Shown here one piece after another: positions 28,548 to 36,823 of a DNA stretch of 64,000 bases; the stretch's first letter is position 1; each line of letters opens with the position of its first letter. The notes below the pieces were generated by a model. It did not search any database and was not told the origin of the DNA. It saw nothing but the letters and a program-made list of their open reading frames with translations. Position numbers and translations under genes: made by a program. The DNA is taken from contig JAFTSW010000062.1 of the NCBI GenBank assembly GCA_017467085.1, positions 4,669 to 68,668 of the forward strand, in the 5' to 3' direction. This DNA is from Clostridia bacterium. GTDB taxonomy: Bacteria; Bacillota; Clostridia; Oscillospirales; CAG-272.

Positions 28548-28927
28548 TATTCCTTCGGCTCCTTTACCGTTACCGACAGGGAGAAGGCATCAGCGCCCCC
28601 GTCCTCCTCTCTGTCGGAATAGCCGTAGCGCGCCGCCAGAAGAAATTTGGAGAAGGAGGAGTCGAAGCGCTTGCAAAGAGCGCCCTCGGTGATGCGGTCC
28701 TTCAGAATTTCCTCACATTCCCCGTATGCCTCGCGAAAGACCTCCTCCCGCTCACGCAAGCAAAGCAGCGCCTTGACCGTCAGATTTTCTCTGTGGGCAA
28801 AGCGCACGAAGGAGGGAAGCGCTTCCTTATATTCACTGCCCTCGCACCCTGCCGTTTCAAAATAGCGAACCATTTTTTTGGCAAGTCGGGTGGGGGTGTT
28901 CTCGTCAAGCGTGTGGGCTTCTTCCAT
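28547..28927 (-). CDS. terS: Terminase small subunit
   Basis: 126 aa. An HTH-like segment is followed by ...ITEGALCKRFDSSFSKFLLAARYGY, typical of small terminases. Its stop overlaps the terL start (TAATG). Confidence 0.6.
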   Translation of the reverse strand: MEEAHTLDENTPTRLAKKMVRYFETAGCEGSEYKEALPSFVRFAHRENLTVKALLCLREREEVFREAYGECEEILKDRITEGALCKRFDSSFSKFLLAARYGYSDREEDGGADAFSLSVTVKEPKE

Positions 28928-29098
28928 AAAAGGCTTCCTTCCTTTCTACTTTTTTCGTGAGCGGGAAAAGATGCCATTCTCGTGCATACAGGTGGCGGCT
29001 TTTCTTCCTCGCTTGTATTGTAGAGCATTTCCAACTTGAAAGGGGGTCAGTAAAAGGGGCGTTTTTTTGACCCTTTTGGGGATTTTTTGTTTTTCGCC

Positions 29099-29127
29099 TT
29101 GCAATTGCCCCCAAACTGTGGTAGAAT
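29099..29127 (+). promoter_or_regulatory. Promoter for the DUF554 gene
   Basis: TTGCAA, a 17-nt spacer, then TGgTAGAAT. Confidence 0.6.
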
Positions 29128-29154
29128 AGGAAGAAAAAATGGAAAGAAGCGAAA

Positions 29155-29946
29155 ATGATGTTTTTGCTTGGCAGTATCGTAAACTTTTTTACCGTGTTGA
29201 TAGGCGGCTCTCTTGGCGCGCTTTTGCGTAAAGGAATGCCCGAGCGCATCAGTAAATCCGTTTTACAGGCGGTGGGGCTGTGCGTGGTGTATTTAGGGCT
29301 GTCGGATTTAATCTCCTACGCCACCGTGTATTCCAAAACCGAGGGGCTCTCCTCCTACCATATTTTAATTCCCATTCTCTCTATGGCAATCGGCACCGCC
29401 CTTGGCGAGTGGATTGATATTGAGCGCCGTATGCAGAGCCTGGGAGATTGGGTGCAGAAAAGGCTGGCGCCCAGAAGAGAGGAGAATGCCGAGGACAAGC
29501 CCGCGCCCCGCTTGGCGGAGGGTTTCGTTACCGCCTCGATTATCTTCTGCGTGGGAGCGATGTCCATTATCGGCTCTTTGCGGGCAGGGCTTTTCGGGGA
29601 TTCGCAAATCCTTATTGCCAAGGCCGTTTTAGACGGTATCACGGGCTTCGTCCTTGCCTCCTCCTTGGGAATTGGGGTGACCCTTGCCGCCTTTACCGCT
29701 CTTATCTACCAAGGGCTTTTAAGCACCGCCGCCTTTTTCGTCGGCAAGCTGCTTGCAGGGAGCGTCGGCACCGCCGCCGAGGTGACGGCACTTCTCTCCG
29801 CTATGCCCGCTATGAACGAGATGACCTGTGTGGGCGCCTTGATGATTATCGCCATTGGGCTCAACCTCATCGGCTGCACCAAAATCCGTGTTGCCAATAT
29901 GCTTCCCGCCCTGGCTGTCCCTTTTTTGCTGTGTCTGTTGCTTTGA
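29155..29946 (+). CDS. DUF554-family membrane protein
   Basis: 263 aa. The N-terminus GSIVNFFTVLIGGSLGALL and the polytopic pattern are typical of the YdfK/DUF554 family. Confidence 0.65.
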   Translation: MMFLLGSIVNFFTVLIGGSLGALLRKGMPERISKSVLQAVGLCVVYLGLSDLISYATVYSKTEGLSSYHILIPILSMAIGTALGEWIDIERRMQSLGDWVQKRLAPRREENAEDKPAPRLAEGFVTASIIFCVGAMSIIGSLRAGLFGDSQILIAKAVLDGITGFVLASSLGIGVTLAAFTALIYQGLLSTAAFFVGKLLAGSVGTAAEVTALLSAMPAMNEMTCVGALMIIAIGLNLIGCTKIRVANMLPALAVPFLLCLLL

Positions 29947-29965
29947 AAAATCTACAATAAAAAAG

Positions 29966-29999
29966 AAAAAGCCGATATGGAAAACCATATCGGCTTTTT
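29966..29999 (+). terminator. Rho-independent terminator
   Basis: AAAAAGCCGATATGG-aaaa-CCATATCGGCTTTTT. Confidence 0.85.
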
Positions 30000-30065
30000 G
30001 AATAAAACGGGCTGTCTTATTGGAGGCAGCCCACATCATTTTGTGCCAACAAAGGCACAAAGAGC

Positions 30066-30093
30066 AAAAAAGGAGCCGTTGCGGCTCCTTTTT
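30066..30093. terminator. Bidirectional terminator downstream of pgsA
   Basis: AAAAAAGGAGCCG-ttg-CGGCTCCTTTTT. Confidence 0.75.
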
Positions 30094-30122
30094 GGTGACT
30101 CGCGAACAGCGAGGCAGCTCTT

Positions 30123-30716
30123 TTATTGATTGGTATCAATAGAGGGCCAAAGGGCGATAGCGTAGTCGATGCCCGAAAAAACGGTGGTCAGCGTCATAAG
30201 CGCCATCGCAATATAGGAAATCACGCGGTTTTGCAGGAAGGGGAAGAGGGAGCCTAAAATAGGGTCGATGAAAATCAGAAGAAAGCCTACAATTTGGGAC
30301 ACCGTCTTCAGCTTGCCAAAGAAGGAGGCGGCAACCACCGTGCCGCTTTTGCCTGCTACCACCAGGCGCAGGGAGGTGACCGCCAGCTCACGGAGCATAA
30401 TAATAGCGGCAACCCAAACCAGAACAGGGGCGATTTTGACGTCGGTGACCAAGAGGGCAATCAAGGCGCCGAACACCATAAATTTATCTGCCAAGGGGTC
30501 GATAAATTTGCCGAAATCCGTGACGAGTCCCCGTTTTCTGGCAATGTGTCCGTCTAAAAAATCCGTAAAGGAGGCAATAGCGAACAGCGCCATCGGCACG
30601 AGTCTGCCCCAGACGGGAATCTGCTGCATATAGAGAAGGGTCGCCATAAAGGCAGGTACCAGCCCGACACGGATAAGGGAAAGAATATTGGGAAGATTCA
30701 AGTGCTTGTTTTTCAT
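30123..30716 (-). CDS. pgsA: CDP-diacylglycerol--glycerol-3-phosphate 3-phosphatidyltransferase
   Basis: CDP-alcohol phosphatidyltransferase motif DGHIARKRGLVTDFGKFIDPLADK. Confidence 0.85.
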   Translation of the reverse strand: MKNKHLNLPNILSLIRVGLVPAFMATLLYMQQIPVWGRLVPMALFAIASFTDFLDGHIARKRGLVTDFGKFIDPLADKFMVFGALIALLVTDVKIAPVLVWVAAIIMLRELAVTSLRLVVAGKSGTVVAASFFGKLKTVSQIVGFLLIFIDPILGSLFPFLQNRVISYIAMALMTLTTVFSGIDYAIALWPSIDTNQ

Positions 30717-30717
30717 A

Positions 30718-32058
30718 TCAATTCTCCTCGGCTGTGTCTACGGCAAAGCCAATTAAATCATAATCTAATGCCTCGGTAATTTCTACCGCCACACAGTCGC
30801 CCTCGGCGAGTTTCTTCTTGGAGGAAAAATAGATTTTTCCGTCCACGTCGGGGGCGTCTGCCTGAGAGCGCCCGAAGTATACCTTGGCAACGGCGTCGTA
30901 GCCCTCGCAAAGAACGGGAACAATCTCTCCCAGCTTTTCCTCCAAAAGGGAGGCGGAAATGTCCATTTGCAGCTGCATCAGGGCATCAAAGCGCCGCTGC
31001 TTGACGTCCTCGTCAATCTGCCCCTCCATCGTTTCGGCCTCCGTGCCCTCCTCGGGAGAGAAGGTAAAGGCGCCAAAGCGGTCAAAGCGGGTGTCCTTAA
31101 TAAAGGTAGCGAGAGCCTCAAAATCCTCCTCGGTTTCTCCGGGGAAGCCCACCATAGCGGTGGTACGCAGGGTGATGTCGGGAACGGCATCCCGCAGGCG
31201 CTTCACCGTTTCGGCAATCAGCGCCCCGTTTCCGTGGCGGTTCATCGCCTTCAAAATGGGGTCGGAGAAGTGCTGAATGGGAATATCCATATATTTGACG
31301 AGGCGCGGATTGTCACGCAGCTCCGCTATCAGCTCATCGGTGATTTTGTCGGGATAGCAGTAGAGAAGCCGAATCCAGGGAATGCTGGTTTCGGCGCAAA
31401 TGGCGCGGACTAAGCGCGCCAAGGCGTACTCCCCGTAAATATCAAGACCGTATCGGGTGGTGTCTTGGGCAATCAGATTCAGCTCCTTGACGCCAAGCGC
31501 CTCTAAGTCCTTTGCCTCCTTGACGATGTCCTCCACGGTACGGGAGCGGAAGCCGCCGCGAATGAGGGGAATGGCGCAATAAGTACAGCGGTTGTCACAG
31601 CCCTCCGCCACCTTCAAATAGGCGGTGTAGGGGGGCGTGGTCAATACACGCTCGCCGCCCAAAGGGGCGCTTTCCTTGTCGAGGAATACGGAAACGTTCC
31701 GTTCTCCCCGCTCCAAGCGAGCAACGGCATCCACGATTTCCGAAAGAGAGCCAACGCCCAAAATGCCGTCCACCTCGGGCAGCTGCTCTAAAATCTCTTG
31801 GCGGTAGCGCTCAGCAAGACAGCCCGTGCAAAGGATGGCCTTCAAGTTGCCCTCCTTTTTCAGCTCCGCCATTTCAAAAACGGTGTCAATGGACTCCTGC
31901 TTGGCGGTGCCGATAAAGCCGCAGGTGTTGATAATCAGAATGTCTGCCTCCGTTTCGTCGGGGGTAATTTCATAGCCCGCCTCTACCAGGTGATGGAGCA
32001 TAACCTCCGTGTCCACCAGGTTTTTGGAGCAGCCGAGGGAAATAAAACCGATTTTCAT
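30718..32058 (-). CDS. rimO: Ribosomal protein S12 methylthiotransferase
   Basis: 446 aa with an N-terminal UPF0004 Cys triad (LGCSKN..., NTCGF, TGCL), radical SAM motif CDNRCTYCAIP and a C-terminal TRAM domain. Confidence 0.85.
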   Translation of the reverse strand: MKIGFISLGCSKNLVDTEVMLHHLVEAGYEITPDETEADILIINTCGFIGTAKQESIDTVFEMAELKKEGNLKAILCTGCLAERYRQEILEQLPEVDGILGVGSLSEIVDAVARLERGERNVSVFLDKESAPLGGERVLTTPPYTAYLKVAEGCDNRCTYCAIPLIRGGFRSRTVEDIVKEAKDLEALGVKELNLIAQDTTRYGLDIYGEYALARLVRAICAETSIPWIRLLYCYPDKITDELIAELRDNPRLVKYMDIPIQHFSDPILKAMNRHGNGALIAETVKRLRDAVPDITLRTTAMVGFPGETEEDFEALATFIKDTRFDRFGAFTFSPEEGTEAETMEGQIDEDVKQRRFDALMQLQMDISASLLEEKLGEIVPVLCEGYDAVAKVYFGRSQADAPDVDGKIYFSSKKKLAEGDCVAVEITEALDYDLIGFAVDTAEEN

Positions 32059-32091
32059 AGTTCGTTCCTTATGTGGGAGAATTGTAATGGA

Positions 32092-32616
32092 TTAACGCAA
32101 AAATTTCGCAAGCCTTGGGCGCAGGCGGAAGGCGTACAGCCGAATTAAACGGGAAAGAGCGATATCGTACAGGACGAATACCAGCATCACGGCGCCGTTT
32201 GCCGCCCAAAAGAGCCAGGCGCTTGGCAAAAGAAGGTCCGTCATCATAAAGAGGAAGGAGCCAAGGAGAAAATATAACCAGAACGCCGCCTGGCAAACCA
32301 AAAGCTTCAAGAGCCATTCCAAAACACGGGGAAGGCCCTCCAAGGCGGTTTTGATAATGGGATAAAAGCCAAAGAACAGGGCGTATAAGAGGGGCGCCAC
32401 CTTGGGGCTCACCAAAAGCAGGGATAAAAGGGAGGTTACCGCCCATAAAAGCCAGGGATAGGATTTACGGAACTCTAAGTGCGCAAACAGCACGAAGAGG
32501 GAGGCAAGCGCCGCCATAGACAAATCCAAAACCTCCAGTAGCGCGCCAAGGGCAAGCAGCACCACCGAGAGGGCGGCAAGCATAGCGCAAACGGTTATCT
32601 TTTTGGTTTTCTTCAT
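32092..32616 (-). CDS. Polytopic membrane protein, unknown function
   Basis: 174 aa with about 5 TM segments. It is co-oriented with and adjacent to the J-domain gene. Confidence 0.5.
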   Translation of the reverse strand: MKKTKKITVCAMLAALSVVLLALGALLEVLDLSMAALASLFVLFAHLEFRKSYPWLLWAVTSLLSLLLVSPKVAPLLYALFFGFYPIIKTALEGLPRVLEWLLKLLVCQAAFWLYFLLGSFLFMMTDLLLPSAWLFWAANGAVMLVFVLYDIALSRLIRLYAFRLRPRLAKFLR

Positions 32617-32620
32617 CGTC

Positions 32621-33232
32621 TTAGCAGCAGGGAATCAGGTCGCCGCCCATACATTCGCAGCAGCAGTCTGCCCACAAAAGACCCATACACATATCACAGC
32701 CGTCTGCCTGGCGACGGGGACGGTAGTTGGTTTGCCCGTAGTAGTCCTGTCCAAAGCCTGCGCTTTGCTGGTTGAACATCTGCTTTGCCTGCTGGTATTC
32801 CTGGTTGTCGGGCTCCATATTGCAGGCAATCTCTAATTCACGGGCGGCGTCATTGACAAAGCCCCGTTGCATCAGCACGATGCTTTGCAGGTAATGCCAA
32901 TCGGCCACTCTTTCCTCCACGGGAATGGCGGCAAGGGCGGCGCCCGCCTCACGGAAGCGACGGTTCTGGACCATTGCGCGAATGTCGGCATAGGTATAGC
33001 TTTTTCCTCTGCCGCCCGTAGAGCGCGATTGAGAGGCGGCGGCACGCTCGCGCTGAATCTGCTCGTATGCCTCGTTGATTTCCTTCATCTTTTCGGTGGC
33101 AAGGTCGGCAAGCGGATTGTCAGCGGCGTAGTTGTCGGGATGGTACTTTCTCGCCAGCGCACGGTAGGCGTTCTTCACCTCGGTGTCGGTGGCGTTGGGA
33201 GAAATACCCAAAACCTTATAGGGATTGTTCAT
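32621..33232 (-). CDS. J-domain protein with a TPR-like middle region and a Cys-rich C-terminal tail
   Basis: It has [29 protein letters not shown] (HPD motif) and the tail [25 protein letters not shown]. Confidence 0.8.
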   Translation of the reverse strand: MNNPYKVLGISPNATDTEVKNAYRALARKYHPDNYAADNPLADLATEKMKEINEAYEQIQRERAAASQSRSTGGRGKSYTYADIRAMVQNRRFREAGAALAAIPVEERVADWHYLQSIVLMQRGFVNDAARELEIACNMEPDNQEYQQAKQMFNQQSAGFGQDYYGQTNYRPRRQADGCDMCMGLLWADCCCECMGGDLIPCC

Positions 33233-34094
33233 ATGCGGTTCCTTTCTCCTGGTGGGGCTCTAAAAAGCGAATACGCGCGGGGAGCCCGAGATAGACGGTA
33301 TTTTTAATAATATGCTCTGCCGCCGTTTTGTTCTCGAAGGGTAGCTTCTCTATATTGTCTGCCAGCCGTTGCAATTCGTATAGCAGGGCAGAGTGAATGT
33401 TTTTGTCGGTGTCCTCGGTATTATATGCGTCCCCGTATAACAAAAGAAAGGGGTTGTAGCTTTTTTGCTTTTTATCCTTTTCTCTGTCCTCGGCGGCGTC
33501 CGCAATATAAATATAGCGACCAAGGTGAAAGCCGATGTCGGCGTAAATCTCCTGCCAGGGCTCATCGACGCCCTCCCTGAATATAGCGGCAAGCAGGTTG
33601 CCGAAGGACTCCGCAGGCATATCCACCGAGGCGGTCTTTTCCTTTTCAAGGGCGGCAAGCGTATCTAAATGCAGGCGGATTTCCTTGGCAAGAGCGGGGA
33701 GCTTCGCGCGGCGGCGCGCCAAACGGAAATAGGGCAGCCAGAAGAGCGCAAAGCATTTTTTGAAGAAGCCGCCGTCACGGAGAGTGTCCCGCAGCTTTTC
33801 ATAGGATAAGACGGCGTAGACCCTGGCGGCGTAGGAAATATCCCTGTCCTTTACCAGGCACGCGCGCTTGCGGAAGGGGTGGGCGATGCACGCCTTTTTT
33901 TGACAGTTCAAGGCGCCGTCCTTGAGTAGCATACGGCAAAGCGCCAGGAAAACCGCATCGTAGGAAAGAAGCATAGAGGAGAAAACCCCCGTTTCCTTTC
34001 TCAGCGAACGGCAAACACCGCAGTATACCGCGCGGTACAGCTCGTACTCACGCACGAGAAGCTCGCTTTCCAAGGGCTTTACGTATCCGAACAA
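33216..34094 (-). CDS. DUF5685-family protein
   Basis: TTG start. The N-terminus MFGYVKP...[15 protein letters not shown] is characteristic of DUF5685 as I remember it. Confidence 0.6.
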   Translation of the reverse strand: MFGYVKPLESELLVREYELYRAVYCGVCRSLRKETGVFSSMLLSYDAVFLALCRMLLKDGALNCQKKACIAHPFRKRACLVKDRDISYAARVYAVLSYEKLRDTLRDGGFFKKCFALFWLPYFRLARRRAKLPALAKEIRLHLDTLAALEKEKTASVDMPAESFGNLLAAIFREGVDEPWQEIYADIGFHLGRYIYIADAAEDREKDKKQKSYNPFLLLYGDAYNTEDTDKNIHSALLYELQRLADNIEKLPFENKTAAEHIIKNTVYLGLPARIRFLEPHQEKGTAYEQSL

Positions 34095-34128
34095 GGCGCC
34101 GCCTCCTTCCTATAAAAACAATAGAAAT

Positions 34129-34157
34129 ATTGTAGCACGAATGTATGAAGAAATCAA
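34129..34157 (-). promoter_or_regulatory. Promoter for the DUF5685 / J-domain / membrane-protein operon
   Basis: On the minus strand: TTGATT, a 17-nt spacer, then TGcTACAAT. Confidence 0.55.
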
Positions 34158-34196
34158 GAAAAGCAGGTGATTTCTGTGGGATTTCGAAAAATCCGC

Positions 34197-35669
34197 TTAT
34201 TTTTTCCGCTTGAGCTTGCCTCCCAGCTTTTGCAAAAGGTCATATGCCAGGGAGTCGCGCAGGATAAGGATGACAATCCCGTACACCGCAACGCCCACCG
34301 CCACCAAAAGCAGGGTGTGCAGAATGGAGGGGGTCAGCATTTTCTCCAGGGGAGAGGCAACCAGAAGCATAATACCCGACGCCAGAAGAGGCTTCCAGAG
34401 CGAGCCGAAGATTTGGCGGAAGGAAAGCTCCCGACGGACGAAGAACAACATCACCGCCGTCACAACGCCCTCCGAAATCAAGGAGGCGATAACGGCGCCC
34501 GTTGCCTTGTAAAAATAAATCAGGGGGATATTCAGTACCAGATTGGTAACGGCGCCAGACAGAATGGAGAGGGTAAAGAGCTTATCCTTCTTGCAGGGCA
34601 CCAGATATTGCAGACCGAACACGTTGCTTAGCCCGATGATACACACTAAGGGGGCAAACAGACGCATCAGATGGATGCTTTCGGTGTAGGCGGCCCCCAA
34701 AAACCAGGGAATGAGGTTGCCTGCCACCAAAACGAAGCCGGCAGCCAAGGGAATGCCCAAAAGGAAAACGAAGTGGGTGGATTTGTAAACATTTCTTTCC
34801 ACCGCCTCGGTATTGCCAAGGGCAAACTCACGGGAGTTACGGGGAATCATCACGGTGCCAAGGGCGGTAACCACGGTCATAGCGCACTTGACAATCTTTT
34901 CCGCCTCCTCGTAATAGCCGTTCTGGGCGCTGTCCTGGGTGATAACACCGATAAGGGTCTTGTCGAGAATGGTATAAAGGCTGATGGCAATATTGGGGAT
35001 AAAGAGGCGCAGGGAGGGAAGCAAATGGGTCAAGGGGCGCAGGTGCGTCCTTTCTCCCTCGGGGGCTTCCTTTTCCGCCCTTCGTAGACGGGCGATGGCA
35101 AAGGGCCAAAGCGCCAGATTGCTCACAATCAGCACGAGAGAGTTGAGTAGGGTATATAACCATACGTCCTCTGGGGTCTTGACGAAAAGAAATATTCCCG
35201 TGACACCCAAGAGCTTGACGGCAATATTGATAAGCGTCGTCTTGCCAAACTCCTCGTTTCCCTGGAAAAAGAAAACGATGTCTAGTGCCGTTGCGATAAT
35301 ATTGATGTTGAGAAAGCCCATCAAGGGGGCAATATCGCCGTAAAAGCCGATATGAATGAGAAGGTTATTGAGAATAAGGCTTGCCGCGGTGGGAATCAGG
35401 CGGCAAAGGATAACCTCCCAGAAAACCCGCGCCTGCTCCTTGGGGGAATCCTGCCATTTGGCAATCTCTCTTTGGGCGTAATAGCCGAAGCCCAAAGAGG
35501 CAAGCAGGGTGAAGTAGGTGATAAAGGAGAAGGCAAGGCTGTAATCTCCAACCCCCGCAGGGAGCAACGCACGGGACACGTAGGGTGCTGTGACGATAGG
35601 CAGGAGAATTAACAGTATCTGGTAGGATAAATTGTAAATATAGTTGAGCTTAGCGCTTTTATTTTTCAT
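34197..35669 (-). CDS. Polysaccharide flippase (Wzx / MOP superfamily)
   Basis: 490 aa with about 12-14 TM segments, located in a glycosyltransferase cluster. Confidence 0.75.
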   Translation of the reverse strand: MKNKSAKLNYIYNLSYQILLILLPIVTAPYVSRALLPAGVGDYSLAFSFITYFTLLASLGFGYYAQREIAKWQDSPKEQARVFWEVILCRLIPTAASLILNNLLIHIGFYGDIAPLMGFLNINIIATALDIVFFFQGNEEFGKTTLINIAVKLLGVTGIFLFVKTPEDVWLYTLLNSLVLIVSNLALWPFAIARLRRAEKEAPEGERTHLRPLTHLLPSLRLFIPNIAISLYTILDKTLIGVITQDSAQNGYYEEAEKIVKCAMTVVTALGTVMIPRNSREFALGNTEAVERNVYKSTHFVFLLGIPLAAGFVLVAGNLIPWFLGAAYTESIHLMRLFAPLVCIIGLSNVFGLQYLVPCKKDKLFTLSILSGAVTNLVLNIPLIYFYKATGAVIASLISEGVVTAVMLFFVRRELSFRQIFGSLWKPLLASGIMLLVASPLEKMLTPSILHTLLLVAVGVAVYGIVILILRDSLAYDLLQKLGGKLKRKK

Positions 35670-36768
35670 TGGTCAATGCCGCTACCGTTTTCAGCGCCTC
35701 CGCAATCACCACGTGCATATCGTAGTATTTGTAAGCGCCAAGACGGCCACCGAAAACAACCCGTTTTTCGGCGTCTGCCAGGGTCTTGTACTTTTCGTAC
35801 AGCAGGGTGTTTTTGGCATCGTTGACAGGGTAGTAGGGCTCCTCCCCCAGTACCCACTCGGAGGAATACTCGCGGCTGATAACCGTTTTCTTCTGGGTGC
35901 CGAATTCAAAATGCTTATGCTCAATAATACGGGTGTAGGGAACTGCCGCCTCGGTGTAGTTCACAACGGCGTTGCCCTGGTAGGATTCCATATCCAGAAT
36001 CTCGGTTTCAAAGCGCACGCTTCTGTATTCCAAGGCGCCAAAGGCAAAGTTGAAATAGCGGTCAATGGGACCCGTATAAATGATGCGCTCTGCCAAGGCG
36101 TCAAGCTCCTCCTTGCAATCGAAATAATCGCAGTCGGTGCGCACCTCGGCGCCCTCTAACATCTTTTCGATGATGGGGGTATAGCCGCCAATGGGAATAC
36201 CCTGGTAGCGGTCGTTAAAGTAGTTGTTGTCAAAGGTGAAGCGGACGGGCAGGCGCTTGATGATAAAGGCGGGAAGCTCCTCGCATTTTTTGCCCCATTG
36301 CTTTTCGGTATAGCCCTCAATCAGCTTCTTGTAAATGGTTTCACCAATCAGGGAAATAGCCTGCTCCTTCAGATTGGAGGGCTTTTCACAGAAGCCCTTC
36401 TTCTTTTCCTCGTCAATGCGGCGCTTGGCGTCCTCGGGGGTAAATACGTCAGGCCAGAGCTTGGTAAAGGTGTTCATATTGAAGGGCAGGTTGTACAGCT
36501 CGTTGCGGTAACGGGCAACGGGGGAGTTGATATAGTTGTTAAACTCCGCAAAGCCGTTGATATAGTCCCAGATTTTCTTGTCCGAGGTGTGGAAAATATG
36601 GGCGCCGTACTTATGCACGTTGATGCCCTCAATCTCCTCGGTGTAGACGTTGCCGCCCACGTGGCTTCTCTTTTCCACCACCAGGCAACGGAAGCCTCGC
36701 TTGGTCAGCTCGTGGGCGCAAACGGCGCCGTACAGACCCGAGCCGACAATCAAATAATCGTATTTCAT
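35659..36768 (-). CDS. glf: UDP-galactopyranose mutase
   Basis: 369 aa with YDYLIVGSGLYGAV FAD motif and the conserved HKYGAHIFHT and RLGAYKYYDM segments. Confidence 0.9.
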   Translation of the reverse strand: MKYDYLIVGSGLYGAVCAHELTKRGFRCLVVEKRSHVGGNVYTEEIEGINVHKYGAHIFHTSDKKIWDYINGFAEFNNYINSPVARYRNELYNLPFNMNTFTKLWPDVFTPEDAKRRIDEEKKKGFCEKPSNLKEQAISLIGETIYKKLIEGYTEKQWGKKCEELPAFIIKRLPVRFTFDNNYFNDRYQGIPIGGYTPIIEKMLEGAEVRTDCDYFDCKEELDALAERIIYTGPIDRYFNFAFGALEYRSVRFETEILDMESYQGNAVVNYTEAAVPYTRIIEHKHFEFGTQKKTVISREYSSEWVLGEEPYYPVNDAKNTLLYEKYKTLADAEKRVVFGGRLGAYKYYDMHVVIAEALKTVAALTNEK

Positions 36769-36823
36769 CGTTAGTACCCGTAGCCAACGCAGGGCGTTGG
36801 CGTCCTTTCGTTATTGAGAGGGT

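Larger units (their letters stand above)
13819..28927 (-). mobile_element. Phage-derived head plus short-tail structural gene cluster (about 15.1 kb, about 18 genes). Candidate domesticated, GTA-like element or prophage remnant.
   Basis: Colinear order terS-terL-portal-scaffold-capsid-adaptor-tail/fibre-membrane genes, all on the minus strand, with stop/start overlaps. No integrase, repressor, replication, tape-measure or endolysin gene was recognised. Confidence 0.6.

Noticed and set aside
13767-29096. Possible att sites: a 12-mer CGAAAAACAAAA at 13767-13778 and its reverse complement at 29085-29096 flank the phage-like cluster
   Set aside because: The match is inverted rather than direct. 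It is low-complexity (A/T runs next to terminators) and only 12 nt long, so it is most likely chance. It is not evidence for site-specific integration.
28905-29249. 114-aa minus-strand ORF upstream of terS that could have been a phage regulator
   Set aside because: It spans the DUF554 promoter and the 5' end of that gene on the opposite strand. It lacks an RBS and has a nonsense-like composition. There is no HTH or other motif.
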